Source: an uncultured Lactobacillales bacterium
GTDB taxonomy: Bacteria > Pseudomonadota > Alphaproteobacteria > CAAHEQ01 > UBA3637
Assembly: GCA_964414185.1 (NCBI GenBank)
Contig: CAYPVK010000004.1
Coordinates: 7,626-71,625, forward strand
Direction of reading: 5' to 3'
Length of the DNA stretch: 64,000 nucleotides
Positions 1 to 12,027 of the stretch are shown here, piece by piece. Below the pieces are notes generated by a model. It saw only the letters and a program-made list of their open reading frames with translations, was not told the DNA's origin and searched no databases. Positions within the stretch are counted from its first letter, which is position 1. Every line of letters starts with the position of its first letter. The position numbers were made by a program, and so were the translations under genes.

Positions 1-170
1 GGCGCGGAATTGCGTGGCAACTTAGCTAATTTCAACGTTGCTTCGAAAATTTGTTCGTCTGTCGAATTTTCGTCGTTAACGATTGCTTTTAATTTAGCGC
101 GTCTGTTGGCATATTTAGCTGCCATTTTTTCGCGTTTTTTATTTCTGTAAATGGAACTTACTTTTGACAT
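1..170 (-). CDS. rpsN: 30S ribosomal protein S14 (partial; C-terminus lies beyond the window start)
   Basis: Not in the ORF track. The minus-strand ATG at 170..168 translates to [56 protein letters not shown], an S14 N-terminus. It follows rplE as in spc operons. Confidence 0.85.
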   Translation of the reverse strand, partial: MSKVSSIYRNKKREKMAAKYANRRAKLKAIVNDENSTDEQIFEATLKLAKLPRNSA

Positions 171-181
171 TTTCCCTTCCT

Positions 182-724
182 TTACTTTTTAAATGGCATG
201 CCGAAACCGTCCAAAAGCGCTTTAGCTTCCTTGTCAGTTTTTGCAGTGGTTGCGATAATAATATCCATGCCGCGAACTTTATCAACCGTATCATAGTTAA
301 TTTCAATGAAAACGATTTGTTCTTTTAAGCCCATGGCATAGTTCCCATGTCCGTCAAAACTTTTGGCCGAAATGCCGCGGAAATCGCGGATACGCGGCAT
401 AGCCGTCGTAATCAAACGATCCAAAAATTCGTACATTTTGTCATGGCGCAAAGTCACTTTTGCACCGATTGCCATACCGGCACGCAGTTTAAATGTAGCG
501 ACGGATTTTTTCGAGTGAGTCAAAACGGGTTTTTGGCCGCTGATGGCTTCCAAATCCCTTAAAGCGCCTTCCAACGCTTTGCGGTCTTCGGTGGCTTCAC
601 CCACGCCCATGTTCAAAACGATTTTATCAAGTTTAGGAACTTCCATTTTGTTTTTGTAACCGAATTCTTTAATCAAAGCCGGCACAATCACTTCATCATA
701 TTGTTTTTTTAATCTTGCTGTCAT
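182..724 (-). CDS. rplE: 50S ribosomal protein L5
   Basis: The 180-aa translation ([25 protein letters not shown]...) is typical L5. Operon position fits. Confidence 0.97.
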   Translation of the reverse strand: MTARLKKQYDEVIVPALIKEFGYKNKMEVPKLDKIVLNMGVGEATEDRKALEGALRDLEAISGQKPVLTHSKKSVATFKLRAGMAIGAKVTLRHDKMYEFLDRLITTAMPRIRDFRGISAKSFDGHGNYAMGLKEQIVFIEINYDTVDKVRGMDIIIATTAKTDKEAKALLDGFGMPFKK

Positions 725-735
725 GATGTCATCCC

Positions 736-1053
736 TTACTTACCAATAACTTCGCCGGATTTTTTGGCAACCCGAACTTTTGTTCCGTCTTGTTCAACCT
801 TAATACCCACGCGAGTCGCTTTTCCCGATTTCGGATCAATTAAAGCAACATTGGAAACGTGGATGGGATGTTCTTTCGAAATAATCCCGCCGGCTGATTC
901 TTGACTTGGCTTTGTATGGCGTTTAACCAAATTAATGCCCGAAACAACAACTTTGTTTTCTTTCGGCATGGCTTTGATGACATCGCCCGTTTTACCTTTG
1001 TCGCGGCCCGTAATAACAATTACTTGGTCGCCTTTTTTAATTTTCATAGCCAT
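736..1053 (-). CDS. rplX: 50S ribosomal protein L24
   Basis: 105 aa with the [23 protein letters not shown] motif. Lies between rplN and rplE. Confidence 0.95.
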   Translation of the reverse strand: MAMKIKKGDQVIVITGRDKGKTGDVIKAMPKENKVVVSGINLVKRHTKPSQESAGGIISKEHPIHVSNVALIDPKSGKATRVGIKVEQDGTKVRVAKKSGEVIGK

Positions 1054-1421
1054 TATAATACCTCCGGAGCCAATGACATGATTTTGACGAATCCGGCATT
1101 ACGCAATTCGCGTGTTACCGGGCCAAAAATACGTGTGCCGATTGGTTCACCATCTTTGTTGACTAACACAGCGGCATTTGTGTCAAAGCGGATGGAAGAT
1201 CCATCGGGACGATGGATTTCCTTTGCCGTACGTACGATTAAAGCACGAGCGACATCCCCTTTTTTAACTTTCCCGCGTGGTATTGCCTTTTTGACGGATA
1301 CGATAATAACGTCTCCGACCGAGGCAACCTTACGCTTTGAACCGCCAATGACCTTAATGCACTGAACTTTCCGAGCTCCGGAGTTATCAGCGACTTCAAG
1401 GTTTGTTTCTACTTGAATCAT
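1053..1421 (-). CDS. rplN: 50S ribosomal protein L14
   Basis: 122 aa, [24 protein letters not shown]..., canonical L14. Confidence 0.97.
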   Translation of the reverse strand: MIQVETNLEVADNSGARKVQCIKVIGGSKRKVASVGDVIIVSVKKAIPRGKVKKGDVARALIVRTAKEIHRPDGSSIRFDTNAAVLVNKDGEPIGTRIFGPVTRELRNAGFVKIMSLAPEVL

Positions 1422-1442
1422 GGTATTTCCTTACCTTTTCAA

Positions 1443-1682
1443 TTAGTTGGACATTTCCGTAATCACTGTCCAAGTTTTCGTCTTGGATAGCGGACGGCTC
1501 TCAATAATCTGAACAACGTCACCGACCTTGAACTGATTATTTTCATCATGCGCCGTGTATTTAGCACTGCGTTTGATGTATTTTTTGTAAACAGGGTGCA
1601 TAACGCGGCGTTCTACTTGGACAACAACGGATTTGTCCATTTTATCACTGACGACCACACCTTGTAAAATTCTTTTAGGCAT
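1443..1682 (-). CDS. rpsQ: 30S ribosomal protein S17
   Basis: 79 aa, [32 protein letters not shown]17 signature. Confidence 0.95.
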   Translation of the reverse strand: MPKRILQGVVVSDKMDKSVVVQVERRVMHPVYKKYIKRSAKYTAHDENNQFKVGDVVQIIESRPLSKTKTWTVITEMSN

Positions 1683-1693
1683 GCTTTTTCTCC

Positions 1694-1894
1694 TTATGCA
1701 CTTTGAGTTGCTTTTTCGGCAACCACTGTTTGAATTTTAGCAATCGTACGACGCACTTGGCGACGACGAGCCGTGTTTTTCAACTGACCGCCGGCCTGTT
1801 GAAAACGCAAATTTAAGGCTTCTTTTTTCAGCTGAGCTTCCATATCTTTCAGTTCAGCAACGCTTTTAGCCCGCAAATCTTTAATTTTTTCCAT
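1694..1894 (-). CDS. rpmC: 50S ribosomal protein L29
   Basis: 66 aa with [26 protein letters not shown]. Lies between rplP and rpsQ. Confidence 0.93.
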   Translation of the reverse strand: MEKIKDLRAKSVAELKDMEAQLKKEALNLRFQQAGGQLKNTARRRQVRRTIAKIQTVVAEKATQSA

Positions 1895-1896
1895 AA

Positions 1897-2319
1897 TTAT
1901 ACCTCTTCATCCGGAGTTCTGGCAATAAAACGCGTTTTGATGGGCAATTTAGCAGCAGCCAATCTGAAGGCTTCTCTCGCGATTTCTTCGGAAACGCCGT
2001 CAACTTCGAACACAACACGCCCCGGTTTTACGCGGCATACCCAATATTCCACAGCGCCTTTACCTTTACCTTGACGAACTTCGGGCGGCTTTTTCGAAAC
2101 AGGCACATCGGGGAACATACGAATCCACAAACGGCCTTGTCTTTTCATAGCGCGGGAAATCGCACGGCGGGCGGCTTCAATTTGGCGCGCCGTAATGCGT
2201 TCTGGTTCCAAAGCCTTCAGGCCGAAAGAACCAAAGTCTAATGTCGTAGCTGATTTAGCGGCACCGTGAATGCGCCCCTTAAATGCTTTACGAAATTTTG
2301 TCTTTCTTGGACTTAACAT
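1897..2319 (-). CDS. rplP: 50S ribosomal protein L16
   Basis: 140 aa, [19 protein letters not shown]..., canonical L16. Confidence 0.97.
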   Translation of the reverse strand: MLSPRKTKFRKAFKGRIHGAAKSATTLDFGSFGLKALEPERITARQIEAARRAISRAMKRQGRLWIRMFPDVPVSKKPPEVRQGKGKGAVEYWVCRVKPGRVVFEVDGVSEEIAREAFRLAAAKLPIKTRFIARTPDEEV

Positions 2320-2337
2320 TTTTTATTCGTCCCTTCT

Positions 2338-3009
2338 TTAATGTTGAGCTGATAAACGCTTATCTTGAGCCATCGGGTCATGAGCTAAGATTTCACCTTT
2401 GTAAATCCAAACTTTAATACCGATGGAACCATAAGTCGTATTAGCTGTTGATACACCGTAATCTACGTCAGCGCGCAATGTATGCAAAGGCACACGACCT
2501 TCGCGGTACCATTCGACGCGCGCGATTTCGGCACCGCCCAAGCGGCCGCCGCAGTTGATACGAATTCCTTCGGCACCTTGACGCAAAGCCGATTGAACGG
2601 CACGTTTCATTGCGCGGCGGAAAGAAATACGTTTTTCAAGTTGCTGAGCAATATTGTCGGCAACCAATTTGGCATTGATTTCGGGTTTGCGAACTTCGAC
2701 AATGTTTACATTGACTTCATTGCCGTCGGACAATTTCGTGAGTTCTTTTTTCAAAGTTTCAATATCTTGTCCTTTTTTACCAATAATCACACCGGGTCTG
2801 GCGCAATAAATTGTAACGATTGCCTTTTTGGCCGGGCGTTCGATCACAATGTGAGAAATCCCCGCACCTGCCAATTTTTTCATCAAAAATTCACGAATTT
2901 TGATATCGGCATGTAATAAATCGGCATAACTTCCTTCGGCAAACCATCTGGAATCCCATGTCCGATTAATACCCAAGCGCAAACCTGTTGGATTAACTTT
3001 TTGACCCAT
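2338..3009 (-). CDS. rpsC: 30S ribosomal protein S3
   Basis: 223 aa, [24 protein letters not shown]..., canonical S3. Confidence 0.97.
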   Translation of the reverse strand: MGQKVNPTGLRLGINRTWDSRWFAEGSYADLLHADIKIREFLMKKLAGAGISHIVIERPAKKAIVTIYCARPGVIIGKKGQDIETLKKELTKLSDGNEVNVNIVEVRKPEINAKLVADNIAQQLEKRISFRRAMKRAVQSALRQGAEGIRINCGGRLGGAEIARVEWYREGRVPLHTLRADVDYGVSTANTTYGSIGIKVWIYKGEILAHDPMAQDKRLSAQH

Positions 3010-3455
3010 TAGATTTTCTCCTCTTCTTTAGAAACCTTTGCTTTGGCAGCAGGCTTTTCGGTTATAGCTACTTTAGCAGGTTTTTCTTTTTTTGCAACTG
3101 TTTTTTCTTGTTCTTTCACAATAATCGTCAAGTTTGAGAAAGGTTTCAAGATACGGCAGGCGCGGCCTTTGGCAGCGGCTGCGAATCTTTTCATAACCAT
3201 TGACTTGCCGACATAGGCTTCGGAAACAATCAAAGTGTCAACATCCATACCATGGTTGTTTTCTGCATTGGCAATAGCCGATTGCAAAACTTTTTTAACT
3301 TCGTCAGCTACGCGTTTCTTGGAGAAAGTCAGTTGAGCCACAGCTTTATCGGCTTTCAATCCGCGGATTGATTCGGCCAATAAGTTCAATTTGCGAGGCG
3401 ATACACGGATAGAACGTGCTTTAGCCATAGCTTTTTTTGTTTCTTGCTTCATCAT
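3009..3455 (-). CDS. rplV: 50S ribosomal protein L22 with a Lys/Ala/Glu-rich C-terminal tail
   Basis: 148 aa. The L22 core ([20 protein letters not shown]...) is followed by a tail, [32 protein letters not shown]. Confidence 0.93.
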   Translation of the reverse strand: MMKQETKKAMAKARSIRVSPRKLNLLAESIRGLKADKAVAQLTFSKKRVADEVKKVLQSAIANAENNHGMDVDTLIVSEAYVGKSMVMKRFAAAAKGRACRILKPFSNLTIIVKEQEKTVAKKEKPAKVAITEKPAAKAKVSKEEEKI

Positions 3456-3748
3456 TATTTCTTACCTTGTTGTTTCTTAGCTTTTGCATCAGCTGCTGTA
3501 TGACCGGGGAATGTGCGGGTCGGCGAAAATTCGCCCAACTTATGCCCGATCATATTTTCGGTTACTAATACGGGGATGAACTTTTTACCATTATATACGC
3601 CAAAAGTCAAGCCCACGAAATCAGGAAGAATCGTTGATCTTCTAGACCAAGTCTTGATTACTTCGTTGCGACCGGATTCTTTAACTTTAGCTGCTTTTTT
3701 AAGCACGCTGCTGTCAACAAACGGTCCTTTCCATACGGATCTTGTCAT
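3455..3748 (-). CDS. rpsS: 30S ribosomal protein S19
   Basis: 97 aa, [12 protein letters not shown]...[13 protein letters not shown], canonical S19. Confidence 0.96.
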   Translation of the reverse strand: MTRSVWKGPFVDSSVLKKAAKVKESGRNEVIKTWSRRSTILPDFVGLTFGVYNGKKFIPVLVTENMIGHKLGEFSPTRTFPGHTAADAKAKKQQGKK

Positions 3749-3757
3749 GCTAACTCC

Positions 3758-4585
3758 TTATTTCTTGACTGCGTGACGCGTACGGATAATCAATCCATTC
3801 GTCCGCTTATTGTTACGGGTTTTCTTACCTTTAGTCGGTTGGCCCCATGGTGTCACGGGGTTGCGGCCGCCATTCGTACGACCACCGTGCGGGTGATCAA
3901 CAGGGTTCATGGCAATACCGCGAACGGACGGACGGCGACCGAGCCAACGGGCACGTCCTGCTTTGGCAAGAATTGTATTTTGATTGTCAGGGTTAGACAC
4001 AGCGCCGACCGAAGCGAAACATTCGCCGCGAACCATGCGCAATTCGCCGGAATTCAAACGAATTTGAGCATAACCGGAATCTTTGCCGATAAGTTGTGCA
4101 TAACAACCTGCGGAACGGGCGATTTGACCACCTTTGCCCGCTTGCAATTCAATGTTATGGACAATTGTGCCGACCGGCATATTTTTGAGCGGCATTGCAT
4201 TGCCCGGTTTGATATCGGCGTTTGCAGACGCAATAACCGTATCGCCGGCAGCCAAACGTTGTGGAGCCAAGATATAGGACAATGTACCGTCTTCATATTT
4301 GATTAAAGCGATAAACGCTGTACGATTCGGATCATATTCCAAACGTTCGACCGTTGCAGGCATATCCAATTTGCCGCGGCGTTTAAAATCCACCAAACGG
4401 TAAGCTTGTTTATGACCGCCGCCGCGATGACGAACAGTGATACGTCCGTGATTGTTACGACCGCCTGTCGATGATTGGCCTTCTGTCAACATTTTAACAG
4501 GAGCGCCTTTGTGCAAATCGGATCTGTCGATACCGATTAAATGTCTGTTTGACGGAGTCGTTGGTTTATAAGTTTTTAATGCCAT
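3758..4585 (-). CDS. rplB: 50S ribosomal protein L2
   Basis: 275 aa with [18 protein letters not shown] and [10 protein letters not shown]-like motifs. Confidence 0.97.
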   Translation of the reverse strand: MALKTYKPTTPSNRHLIGIDRSDLHKGAPVKMLTEGQSSTGGRNNHGRITVRHRGGGHKQAYRLVDFKRRGKLDMPATVERLEYDPNRTAFIALIKYEDGTLSYILAPQRLAAGDTVIASANADIKPGNAMPLKNMPVGTIVHNIELQAGKGGQIARSAGCYAQLIGKDSGYAQIRLNSGELRMVRGECFASVGAVSNPDNQNTILAKAGRARWLGRRPSVRGIAMNPVDHPHGGRTNGGRNPVTPWGQPTKGKKTRNNKRTNGLIIRTRHAVKK

Positions 4586-4586
4586 C

Positions 4587-4904
4587 TTATACCCCCGCTG
4601 TCACATCGATGCTTTGACCTTCAGCCAAAGTTACGATTGCTTTTTTAGTTTCGTTTCTAACACCTTTTGTCCCGCGGAACATTTTTGCTTTGCCCGCTTG
4701 ACGGATGGTGTTTACTGATTTGACTTGAACGCCGAACACGGATTCAACCGCTTTTTTGATTTGCGGTTTCGTCGCATCCAAAGACACTTCGAAAGTAACT
4801 TGGTTTTGTTCGGAGCCTTTCATGGATTTTTCCGTAATGACGGGTTTACGAATGATATCGTAAGAAGCCGCGCTCACGGCTGAATTAGCTGCTTTTTTAA
4901 TCAT
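4587..4904 (-). CDS. rplW: 50S ribosomal protein L23
   Basis: 105 aa with [14 protein letters not shown]. Lies between rplD and rplB. Confidence 0.93.
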   Translation of the reverse strand: MIKKAANSAVSAASYDIIRKPVITEKSMKGSEQNQVTFEVSLDATKPQIKKAVESVFGVQVKSVNTIRQAGKAKMFRGTKGVRNETKKAIVTLAEGQSIDVTAGV

Positions 4905-5521
4905 TTCAGACGTCCTTCCAATTGTGCGACGGCGTCTTTAGATAAAACCAAGACATCCCGGCGAATAATATCATAAACGTTAGCACCTTGAGCGGGCAAC
5001 ACATCCACATTGACAATGTTGCGAGCGGACAAGGCAAAATTGTTGTCCAGCGTTTCGCCACCGACAAACAAAACTGAATTCCAACCGTTCTTTTCAAAGG
5101 CGGATTTCATGACTTTCGTTTTCGGTTCGGCAGCCGTCATATCGTCCAAAATGAACAACTTGCCGTTTTTGGCTTTCAAGGACAACGCGACACGCATACC
5201 CAAAGCACGGATTTTTTTGTTCAGGCTGTAAGCATGATCACGGACAACCGGTCCGAAAACAATACCGCCATGACGCATTTGAGGAGCGCGTTTTTGACCT
5301 TCGCGAGCACGTCCCGTCCCTTTTTGTTTGAACGGTTTTGTACCCGAACCGCTTACCTCACCGAGGTCTTTGGTTTTGTGAGTACCTTGACGGCGTTTGT
5401 CAAGCTGCCATTGAATGACGCGGGCCAAGATGTCTTCACGAATGTTGACACCGAAAACCGTATCAGCCAATTCAATGGAACCGACGGGCTTTTTATCTAA
5501 ATTGATAACATCTACTTTCAT
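4901..5521 (-). CDS. rplD: 50S ribosomal protein L4
   Basis: 206 aa with the [25 protein letters not shown] motif. Confidence 0.95.
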   Translation of the reverse strand: MKVDVINLDKKPVGSIELADTVFGVNIREDILARVIQWQLDKRRQGTHKTKDLGEVSGSGTKPFKQKGTGRAREGQKRAPQMRHGGIVFGPVVRDHAYSLNKKIRALGMRVALSLKAKNGKLFILDDMTAAEPKTKVMKSAFEKNGWNSVLFVGGETLDNNFALSARNIVNVDVLPAQGANVYDIIRRDVLVLSKDAVAQLEGRLK

Positions 5522-5524
5522 CGT

Positions 5525-6280
5525 CTATTCCTTCACTTCCATATTTTCAGAGGCAGCGACTTGTTCAGCCGGTTCTGCTGCAACAGAAGCTTCAGCAGCC
5601 TTGACTGACACCTTTAAACCGGCAGGTACGGGACCGACGGCTTGTTTTGTCGCCTTAACGGCATCTGTAATTGTGACAATATTTGAATCAAATCCGGGAA
5701 CGGAACCTTTAACCATAATCAGGTTGCGGGCTTCATCAATCGCAACGACTTCCAAATTTTGAGCCGTAACGTTTTTATTTCCCAATTGACCCGGCATTTC
5801 CGTATTTTTGAAAACACGGCCCGGCCATTCACGGTTACCCGTGGAACCGCCGGAACGGTGTGTTCTGGAAACACCGTGGGTGGCATTGTCACCTGAGAAG
5901 TTATGTCTTTTCATAACACCGGCATAACCTTTACCGATGGACACGCCATGAACATCAACTTTTTGTCCCACAATAAAGTGAGAAGCTGACAATTCGGCAC
6001 CGACCGGCAAAACACAGTCATCCGAAACGCGGAATTCGACGAGTGTCTTTTTGGGTTCTACCTTAGCTTTTGCGAAGTGACCGATTAAGGGTTTTGCAAC
6101 ATTTTTAGGTTTTGCAGTTTGAGCCCCCAATTGGAGTGCGACATACCCGTCACGTTCTTTTGTACGAACATCCACAACCGTGCAACCGTCTACTTTTAAT
6201 ACGGTAACGGGAACACGTGTGCCGTTGTCTTGGAACAAGGACATCATGCCGACTTTTTCAGCGATTAAACCTGTACGCAT
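5525..6280 (-). CDS. rplC: 50S ribosomal protein L3 (with Ala/Glu-rich C-terminal extension)
   Basis: The track ORF starts at 6319 but would overlap rpsJ. The conserved L3 N-terminus [13 protein letters not shown] begins at 6280. The C-terminal tail is ...[28 protein letters not shown]. Confidence 0.93.
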   Translation of the reverse strand: MRTGLIAEKVGMMSLFQDNGTRVPVTVLKVDGCTVVDVRTKERDGYVALQLGAQTAKPKNVAKPLIGHFAKAKVEPKKTLVEFRVSDDCVLPVGAELSASHFIVGQKVDVHGVSIGKGYAGVMKRHNFSGDNATHGVSRTHRSGGSTGNREWPGRVFKNTEMPGQLGNKNVTAQNLEVVAIDEARNLIMVKGSVPGFDSNIVTITDAVKATKQAVGPVPAGLKVSVKAAEASVAAEPAEQVAASENMEVKE

Positions 6281-6293
6281 TGTCTTTTCTTCC

Positions 6294-6602
6294 TTATACT
6301 TTAATCTCAACATCAACACCGGCGGCGAGGTCCAATTTCATCAGGGCATCAACCGTTTGAGGTGTCGGATCAATAATGTCGAGCACCCGCTTATGGGTAC
6401 GAATTTCAAACTGTTCACGCGACTTCTTATCGACATGCGGTGAACGGTTCACGGTAAATTTTTCAATACGGGTCGGCAAAGGAATCGGTCCTACGACTTC
6501 AGATCCTGTGCGTTTTGCCGTATTGACGATCTCACGGGTTGATTGATCCAACAACCGGTGGTCGAACGCTCTTAATCTAATTCTAATATTTTGGTTTTCC
6601 AT
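6294..6602 (-). CDS. rpsJ: 30S ribosomal protein S10
   Basis: 102 aa, [28 protein letters not shown], canonical S10. Confidence 0.97.
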   Translation of the reverse strand: MENQNIRIRLRAFDHRLLDQSTREIVNTAKRTGSEVVGPIPLPTRIEKFTVNRSPHVDKKSREQFEIRTHKRVLDIIDPTPQTVDALMKLDLAAGVDVEIKV

Positions 6603-6616
6603 TTTTATAACCTTTC

Positions 6617-8695
6617 TTAACCAGCTAATTTTGCTTTGATTTCGTCAGCAACCATTTGCGGCACATCTGCATAGTGCGAGAAGACCATCGAGTATTGGGC
6701 ACGACCTTGGCTCATTGAACGCAACGTGTTCACATAACCGAACATGTTGGCCAAAGGCACTGTCGCATCAATAACCCGGGCATTACCGCGTTGATCCATG
6801 CCGGACACTTGTCCGCGACGTGAGTTCAAATCGCCAATAATATCGCCCATGTAATCTTCCGGCGTCACAATTTCGACTTTCATAATCGGTTCCAACAATT
6901 TCGGGCCGGCCTTGCTCATCCCTTCGCGGAAAGCGGCACGAGCAGCAATTTCAAACGCCATTGTTGAAGAGTCAACATCGTGATAAGCACCATCATAGAG
7001 GTTAGCTTTAAAGTCCGTAACGGGGAATCCGGCCAATACACCTGTTTCCAAAGAAGCACGAAGCCCTTTTTCAACGCCCGGAATGTATTCTTTCGGAACC
7101 GTACCGCCGACAACCGTGCTTTCGAATTGGAAGCCCGAACCGGGTTCAAGCGGCGTAAATTTAATTTTAACGCGTGCAAATTGACCCGAACCGCCGGATT
7201 GTTTCTTGTGGGTGTAATCGCAATCGTATTCTTTCGAAATCGTTTCGCGATAAGCCACTTGCGGAGCACCGACGTTAGCTTCGACTTTAAATTCGCGTTT
7301 CAAACGGTCAACGATGATTTCCAAGTGCAATTCACCCATACCTTTAATAACGGTTTGGCCCGTTTCGGTATTTGATGTAACGCGGAAGGACGGATCTTCC
7401 ATTGCCAAACGGTTCAAAGCCAAGCCCATTTTTTCAACATCGGCTTTGGTTTTGGGTTCAACGGCAATTTCGATAACCGGATCGGGGAAATCCATTTTTT
7501 CCAAAACAACCTTCAAATTATCGCCGCACAAAGTATCACCCGTAGTCGTATCTTTCAAACCGACCAAAGCAACAATATCGCCGGCACGCGCTTCTTTGAT
7601 TTCTTCACGGTGGTTGGCATGCATCAACAACATACGGCCGACACGTTCTTTCTTATCTTTAACCGTGTTGGTAACGTATGTACCGCTGGTCAAAGTACCT
7701 TGATATACGCGAACAAATGTCAAAGAACCGACAAACGGATCGTTCATAATTTTAAATGCCAAGCCGGCCAACGGTTTGTCATCTTCAGAAGCACAAACAT
7801 ATTCTTGATCGGTTCCAGCAATAACACCGCGTGCTTGCGGAATATCAAGCGGAGACGGCAAATAATCGACAACGGCATCCAAAAGTGTTTGCACGCCCTT
7901 GTTTTTAAAAGCGGAACCGCAGAAAACCGGAATAAAGCTTTGAGAAATTGTCCCTTTGCGAATACATGCTTTCAATGTATCCGTATCGGGCATATTGCCT
8001 TCAAAATAAGCTTCCATAACGGCATCATCCATTTCGGCAGCCATTTCGACCATTTCATTGTAATATTGTTCGGCTTTTTCTTTCAAATCATCGGGGATTT
8101 CCTGATATTCAAAAGAAGCGCCCAAATCTTCGGAGTGCCAAATAATGGCGCGTTTGTTTAAGATATCGACGATTCCTTTAAAATCGGCTTCGGCACCGAT
8201 CGGCAAAGCCATCACCATCGGACGAGCACCCAAGCGGGTTTTAATCATATCAACACAACGGTAAAAATCCGCGCCGATACGGTCCATTTTGTTGGCAAAA
8301 CAAATACGGGGAACACCGTATTTGTCAGCTTGACGCCAAACGGTTTCGGATTGCGGTTCAACACCGGCAACGCCGTCAAATACCGTGATAGCACCGTCCA
8401 AAACGCGCAAGCAACGTTCCACTTCGACCGTGAAGTCAACGTGTCCCGGCGTGTCAATGACGTTAATGCGGTGATCGCGCCAAAAAGCCGTCGTAGCGGC
8501 GGAAGTAATCGTAATACCGCGTTCTTGTTCTTGTTCCATCCAGTCCATCGTGGCAGCGCCATCGTGCACTTCCCCGATTTTATGGGATTTACCCGTATAG
8601 TACAAGATACGTTCGGTTGTTGTTGTTTTACCGGCATCAATGTGAGCCATAATACCAATATTTCTGTATTTTTCAATCGGTGTCGTACGAGCCAT
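6617..8695 (-). CDS. fusA: Elongation factor G
   Basis: 692 aa with the GTPase motifs [17 protein letters not shown] and NKMD. Full-length EF-G. Confidence 0.98.
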   Translation of the reverse strand: MARTTPIEKYRNIGIMAHIDAGKTTTTERILYYTGKSHKIGEVHDGAATMDWMEQEQERGITITSAATTAFWRDHRINVIDTPGHVDFTVEVERCLRVLDGAITVFDGVAGVEPQSETVWRQADKYGVPRICFANKMDRIGADFYRCVDMIKTRLGARPMVMALPIGAEADFKGIVDILNKRAIIWHSEDLGASFEYQEIPDDLKEKAEQYYNEMVEMAAEMDDAVMEAYFEGNMPDTDTLKACIRKGTISQSFIPVFCGSAFKNKGVQTLLDAVVDYLPSPLDIPQARGVIAGTDQEYVCASEDDKPLAGLAFKIMNDPFVGSLTFVRVYQGTLTSGTYVTNTVKDKKERVGRMLLMHANHREEIKEARAGDIVALVGLKDTTTGDTLCGDNLKVVLEKMDFPDPVIEIAVEPKTKADVEKMGLALNRLAMEDPSFRVTSNTETGQTVIKGMGELHLEIIVDRLKREFKVEANVGAPQVAYRETISKEYDCDYTHKKQSGGSGQFARVKIKFTPLEPGSGFQFESTVVGGTVPKEYIPGVEKGLRASLETGVLAGFPVTDFKANLYDGAYHDVDSSTMAFEIAARAAFREGMSKAGPKLLEPIMKVEIVTPEDYMGDIIGDLNSRRGQVSGMDQRGNARVIDATVPLANMFGYVNTLRSMSQGRAQYSMVFSHYADVPQMVADEIKAKLAG

Positions 8696-8704
8696 TTATT
8701 CCCC

Positions 8705-9175
8705 CTACCATTTAAAGTGGGCAAATGCTTTGTTTGCATCAGCCATACGGTGCGTGTCTTCGCGTTTGCGAACGGCATTACCGCGATTGTTGTAAGCATC
8801 TTGCAATTCGCCGAACAAGCGTTGTTCCATTGTTTTTTCGCTGCGGCCGCGAGCTGCCGAAATAATCCAACGGATTGCCAAAGCTTGTTGACGATCCGGA
8901 CGGACATCCGTCGGCACTTGATACGTGGCACCACCGACACGGCGGGAGCGGACTTCCACCAACGGTTTAACATTATTCAAAGCTTCCGTGAAAATTTCCA
9001 AAGCCGGTTTTTTGATTTTGGATTCAAGTTCATCAAAAGCACCATACACAACAGCTTCGGCAATGGATTTTTTACCATCGTACATCAAGCTGTTCATAAA
9101 TTTTGCAACTACCACGTTGCCGTATTTGGCATCGGGTGTAACTTCGCGTTTTTCTGCTGCGTGTCTACGTGACAT
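8705..9175 (-). CDS. rpsG: 30S ribosomal protein S7
   Basis: 156 aa, [20 protein letters not shown]..., canonical S7. Confidence 0.97.
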   Translation of the reverse strand: MSRRHAAEKREVTPDAKYGNVVVAKFMNSLMYDGKKSIAEAVVYGAFDELESKIKKPALEIFTEALNNVKPLVEVRSRRVGGATYQVPTDVRPDRQQALAIRWIISAARGRSEKTMEQRLFGELQDAYNNRGNAVRKREDTHRMADANKAFAHFKW

Positions 9176-9187
9176 AATTTACTCTCC

Positions 9188-9559
9188 TTATTTAGGGCGT
9201 TTTGCGCCGTACAATGAGCGCCGTTGTTTACGTTTAGCAACGCCTTGAGTATCAAGCGTACCACGGATAATATGATAACGAACACCCGGCAAGTCCTTTA
9301 CACGGCCGCCGCGAATCATTACGACTGAGTGTTCTTGTAAATTGTGACCTTCGCCCGGAATGTAGCATGTCACTTCAAATCCATTTGTCAAACGGACACG
9401 AGCAACCTTACGCAAAGCGGAGTTCGGTTTTTTCGGTGTCGTTGTATAAACGCGCGTACAAACCCCGCGGCGTTGTGGGCATTCTTGCAAAGCAGGCACT
9501 TTATCTCTGACCGGCTTGCTTTTCCGCGATTTGCGGATCAATTGGTTAATTGTAGGCAT
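9188..9559 (-). CDS. rpsL: 30S ribosomal protein S12
   Basis: 123 aa, [15 protein letters not shown]...[11 protein letters not shown], canonical S12. Confidence 0.97.
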   Translation of the reverse strand: MPTINQLIRKSRKSKPVRDKVPALQECPQRRGVCTRVYTTTPKKPNSALRKVARVRLTNGFEVTCYIPGEGHNLQEHSVVMIRGGRVKDLPGVRYHIIRGTLDTQGVAKRKQRRSLYGAKRPK

Positions 9560-9739
9560 TAAATTTTTCCTTTAATATTTAAACCATTGCAAAAAATCTT
9601 TCGACGACCCATTCCGGGCAATCAAAAGAACGAAACTATGAACGCATCAGATAACAGTCTGATTTTGTTCAAAACTTTGTAAAACAACTTCACTTTATAC
9701 ACCTCACGGATGAGGCGAATCGTTCTCTAAAGTGTATGT

Positions 9740-9768
9740 ATTTAAACATATTTTTTACTTTAAGTCAA
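9740..9768 (-). promoter_or_regulatory. Candidate sigma70-type promoter of the str operon
   Basis: The minus strand reads TTGACT (9768..9763), a 17-nt spacer, then TTAAAT (9745..9740), about 180 nt upstream of the rpsL start. Confidence 0.35.
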
Positions 9769-9960
9769 GCGCTTTTTAAAGGTTTTTAACCAAAAAAGGA
9801 ATTAATTTTCGGGCGGATGATTTTTTAATGACAAACCCAAAATAAAATACTCCGAAATGGCATTTTCAGGTTAAATCGTTTCAAAATCACAATCAAGTAT
9901 CCGCCCGTGACAATACAATTCGACGCCCGTCATAAAAAATATGTTTTTTTAGTCAATCCG

Positions 9961-9988
9961 ATAAAAAACCGCTCGGCTGGCGAGCGGT
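9961..9988 (-). terminator. Intrinsic terminator downstream of the XRE regulator gene
   Basis: The minus strand reads ACCGCTCG-ccagc-CGAGCGGT followed by TTTTTTAT. Confidence 0.6.
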
Positions 9989-10046
9989 CAGAAAAATTTC
10001 AAAAAGTCTCTTTCAATAAAATAAAGTCCTTTTGCAAAACATATTA

Positions 10047-10376
10047 TCATCCGTTTTTAACCAATGTTAACACGGCTTGCAGATAGCTTGGGGATTTGCC
10101 TTGCAATTCGGACACAATTTCGCCCAATTCGCCCGGAAAGGTTTTAACGTTAGCTTGGTTCGAATCCATGAACAATTGATGAACTTCAACATCCAACACA
10201 TTGGCGATATCATTCAAGGTTGAAATTTTCGTGCTTGAAACACCGCTTTCAAGTTGGCACACCATTTCAACGGTTTTATTAATTTGTTTGGCCAGTTGGG
10301 CTTGGGTCATCTTTTTGGCTTTTCTGATTTTACGGATGTTTTTTGAAAGAACTGCCGATGCATTTTTTGTGGTCAT
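10047..10376 (-). CDS. XRE-family helix-turn-helix transcriptional regulator
   Basis: The HTH core is IRKIRKAKKMTQAQLAKQINKTVEMVCQLESG. I place the start at Met81 of the track ORF (MTTKNAS, ATG 10376) because the upstream 80 codons are AT-rich, low-complexity and non-protein-like. Confidence 0.75.
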   Translation of the reverse strand: MTTKNASAVLSKNIRKIRKAKKMTQAQLAKQINKTVEMVCQLESGVSSTKISTLNDIANVLDVEVHQLFMDSNQANVKTFPGELGEIVSELQGKSPSYLQAVLTLVKNG

Positions 10377-10942
10377 ATCTTTTTTCCTTTTATTTTGTCT
10401 TAATTTTTTATCATAATTAAATGTCAAAATCAACATTGACAAAGTTGATATACTAAAAACTAGACAAAATATTGTACGCTTGTCAACAAAAAAAATGCCG
10501 ATTTTTACATTTTTTCGTATATATTCTCCAAAAATGGCGGAAAATAAGGATTTTTTTAAACCCAAAAAAGGATTAATTTTATATAAAAATCGATAAATTT
10601 GATGCTTCGGAAACAAAATTCGGCAAGAATCGCTTTTTATAAAAAAATATTAAATTTTCAATAAATTGCCTTTTATTTTTTTTACGTATATTTTTTTGAG
10701 ACAACCGCCATTTGTTTCCGTGCGCCGATTAGAAAATTTTAAAAAGCATACGCACCGCCGACAAGCAAGCAAAACCGAACAATCGCAACAAAACAATTTT
10801 TACCGTCCGCAAACCTTTCAAGCAGCAAGGATTAACGTTTTATCCGACAACAAATGTATTTTTGGCAACTTTAGCGTTTTACATAAAAAACTGTTGACAT
10901 TGCGATATTTTAAACGCATCCTTTATAAAAAAGGAGTTGCCT

Positions 10943-11902
10943 ATGTACCAGTTATTAAAAAACAAAGTTCTTTCGTCCGCTTGGGCATTGGCCTTATGCG
11001 CCGCTTGTTTTGCCGCGCCCGTTCAAGCTCAGCCCATTTTTTTCGGCAGAGGGGATTTATTGCAGGCTCGCAATGCCGAAGCCTTGGCAAAAACCGTCGG
11101 CCGACATATGAATCTTGAAGAAATGCAAGCAGGCATGTCTCGCACTTTCAATCCTTGGGCGGAAGGCATTTACAACAAAACGCATTTTTCGTGGGATTCG
11201 GGTTTTAATGCTTACAGTCAAGGTTTTGCCGCAGGCATGGACGTAAAAGCATCCGACAGCATGTTGTTGGGAGCCGGATACGGATATACCAAGACCAAAG
11301 TCCGTTCCGAATTTTACAAAAGCAACATTTATTCGGACACATATTTCATTTATGGCAAATACCAACCCGAATTTTGGTATGCGAGCGGTGTTATCAGCTA
11401 TGGGCGCGGACGATACAATCAAAATGAGCGGCAAAACGGCGGCCGTTACCACGTTGATACTTACCACGGGCAATTAAAAATCGGGTATGACCGCGGCGGA
11501 TATGATACCTATTCTGCCATTCGTTACACATATGTACATCCTGATAATTATATGTCCGGGAACGATTTTGTCGAACAAAAAAACACTCAGGTGTTGACCG
11601 GCGTCATCGGGGCACGTTTGTTCGAAAGTTACAAATACGGCAAAGTTTTTTTCAAACCCGAATTGCGCATTGCCGCCTTATATGATTTTAAATCCGATAA
11701 CCGCCCGAGCGTTGTTACCATTCCCGCAACGGTTGCGACATATCGGGCCGACGGGCATCGCCTTAAACGTTTCGGCGGCGAATTCGGAGCGGGTTTAACT
11801 ACGATTATCGGCCCGGTTGATTTAAGTTTAAACTATGATATTGAAGTGCGTTCAAAATACACTTCGCAAACGGGCATGATCGACTTGCAATATCATTTTT
11901 GA
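10943..11902 (+). CDS. Outer-membrane beta-barrel protein (autotransporter beta-domain-like)
   Basis: AAGGAG lies 6 nt before ATG 10943. The signal peptide is MYQLLKNKVLSSAWALALCAACFAAPVQA. The body has an alternating aromatic/Gly-rich beta pattern and ends in a C-terminal Phe (DLQYHF). Confidence 0.6.
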   Translation: MYQLLKNKVLSSAWALALCAACFAAPVQAQPIFFGRGDLLQARNAEALAKTVGRHMNLEEMQAGMSRTFNPWAEGIYNKTHFSWDSGFNAYSQGFAAGMDVKASDSMLLGAGYGYTKTKVRSEFYKSNIYSDTYFIYGKYQPEFWYASGVISYGRGRYNQNERQNGGRYHVDTYHGQLKIGYDRGGYDTYSAIRYTYVHPDNYMSGNDFVEQKNTQVLTGVIGARLFESYKYGKVFFKPELRIAALYDFKSDNRPSVVTIPATVATYRADGHRLKRFGGEFGAGLTTIIGPVDLSLNYDIEVRSKYTSQTGMIDLQYHF

Positions 11903-12027
11903 AACACGCAAAATTGACAACGATTTTTAAAAGGCGCGCCGTGCATGGCAAAACCGCCGTTTTTTTCTTGCAATGAAAAGTAAACTAAGGTATAAGTGTA
12001 TGGCAATTTAATAAAAAGGAGCTTAGT

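Noticed and set aside
8245-9172. Long ORFs of 242 aa (minus) and 280 aa (plus) overlapping fusA and rpsG
   Set aside because: They lie in alternative frames or antisense to strongly conserved EF-G and S7 coding sequence. Their translations are low-complexity and unlike any protein. The same reasoning applies to the many 60-190-aa shadow ORFs inside rplB, rplD, the giant gene (for example 19266-19953 and 20701-21270), the atp genes, the MATE gene and lnt.
10377-10616. The 80-codon N-terminal extension of the XRE regulator ORF
   Set aside because: The extension is AT-rich and hydrophobic/low-complexity, has no RBS and lies upstream of a sensible ATG (10376) that yields a normal-length HTH protein. 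It is most likely promoter or leader DNA.
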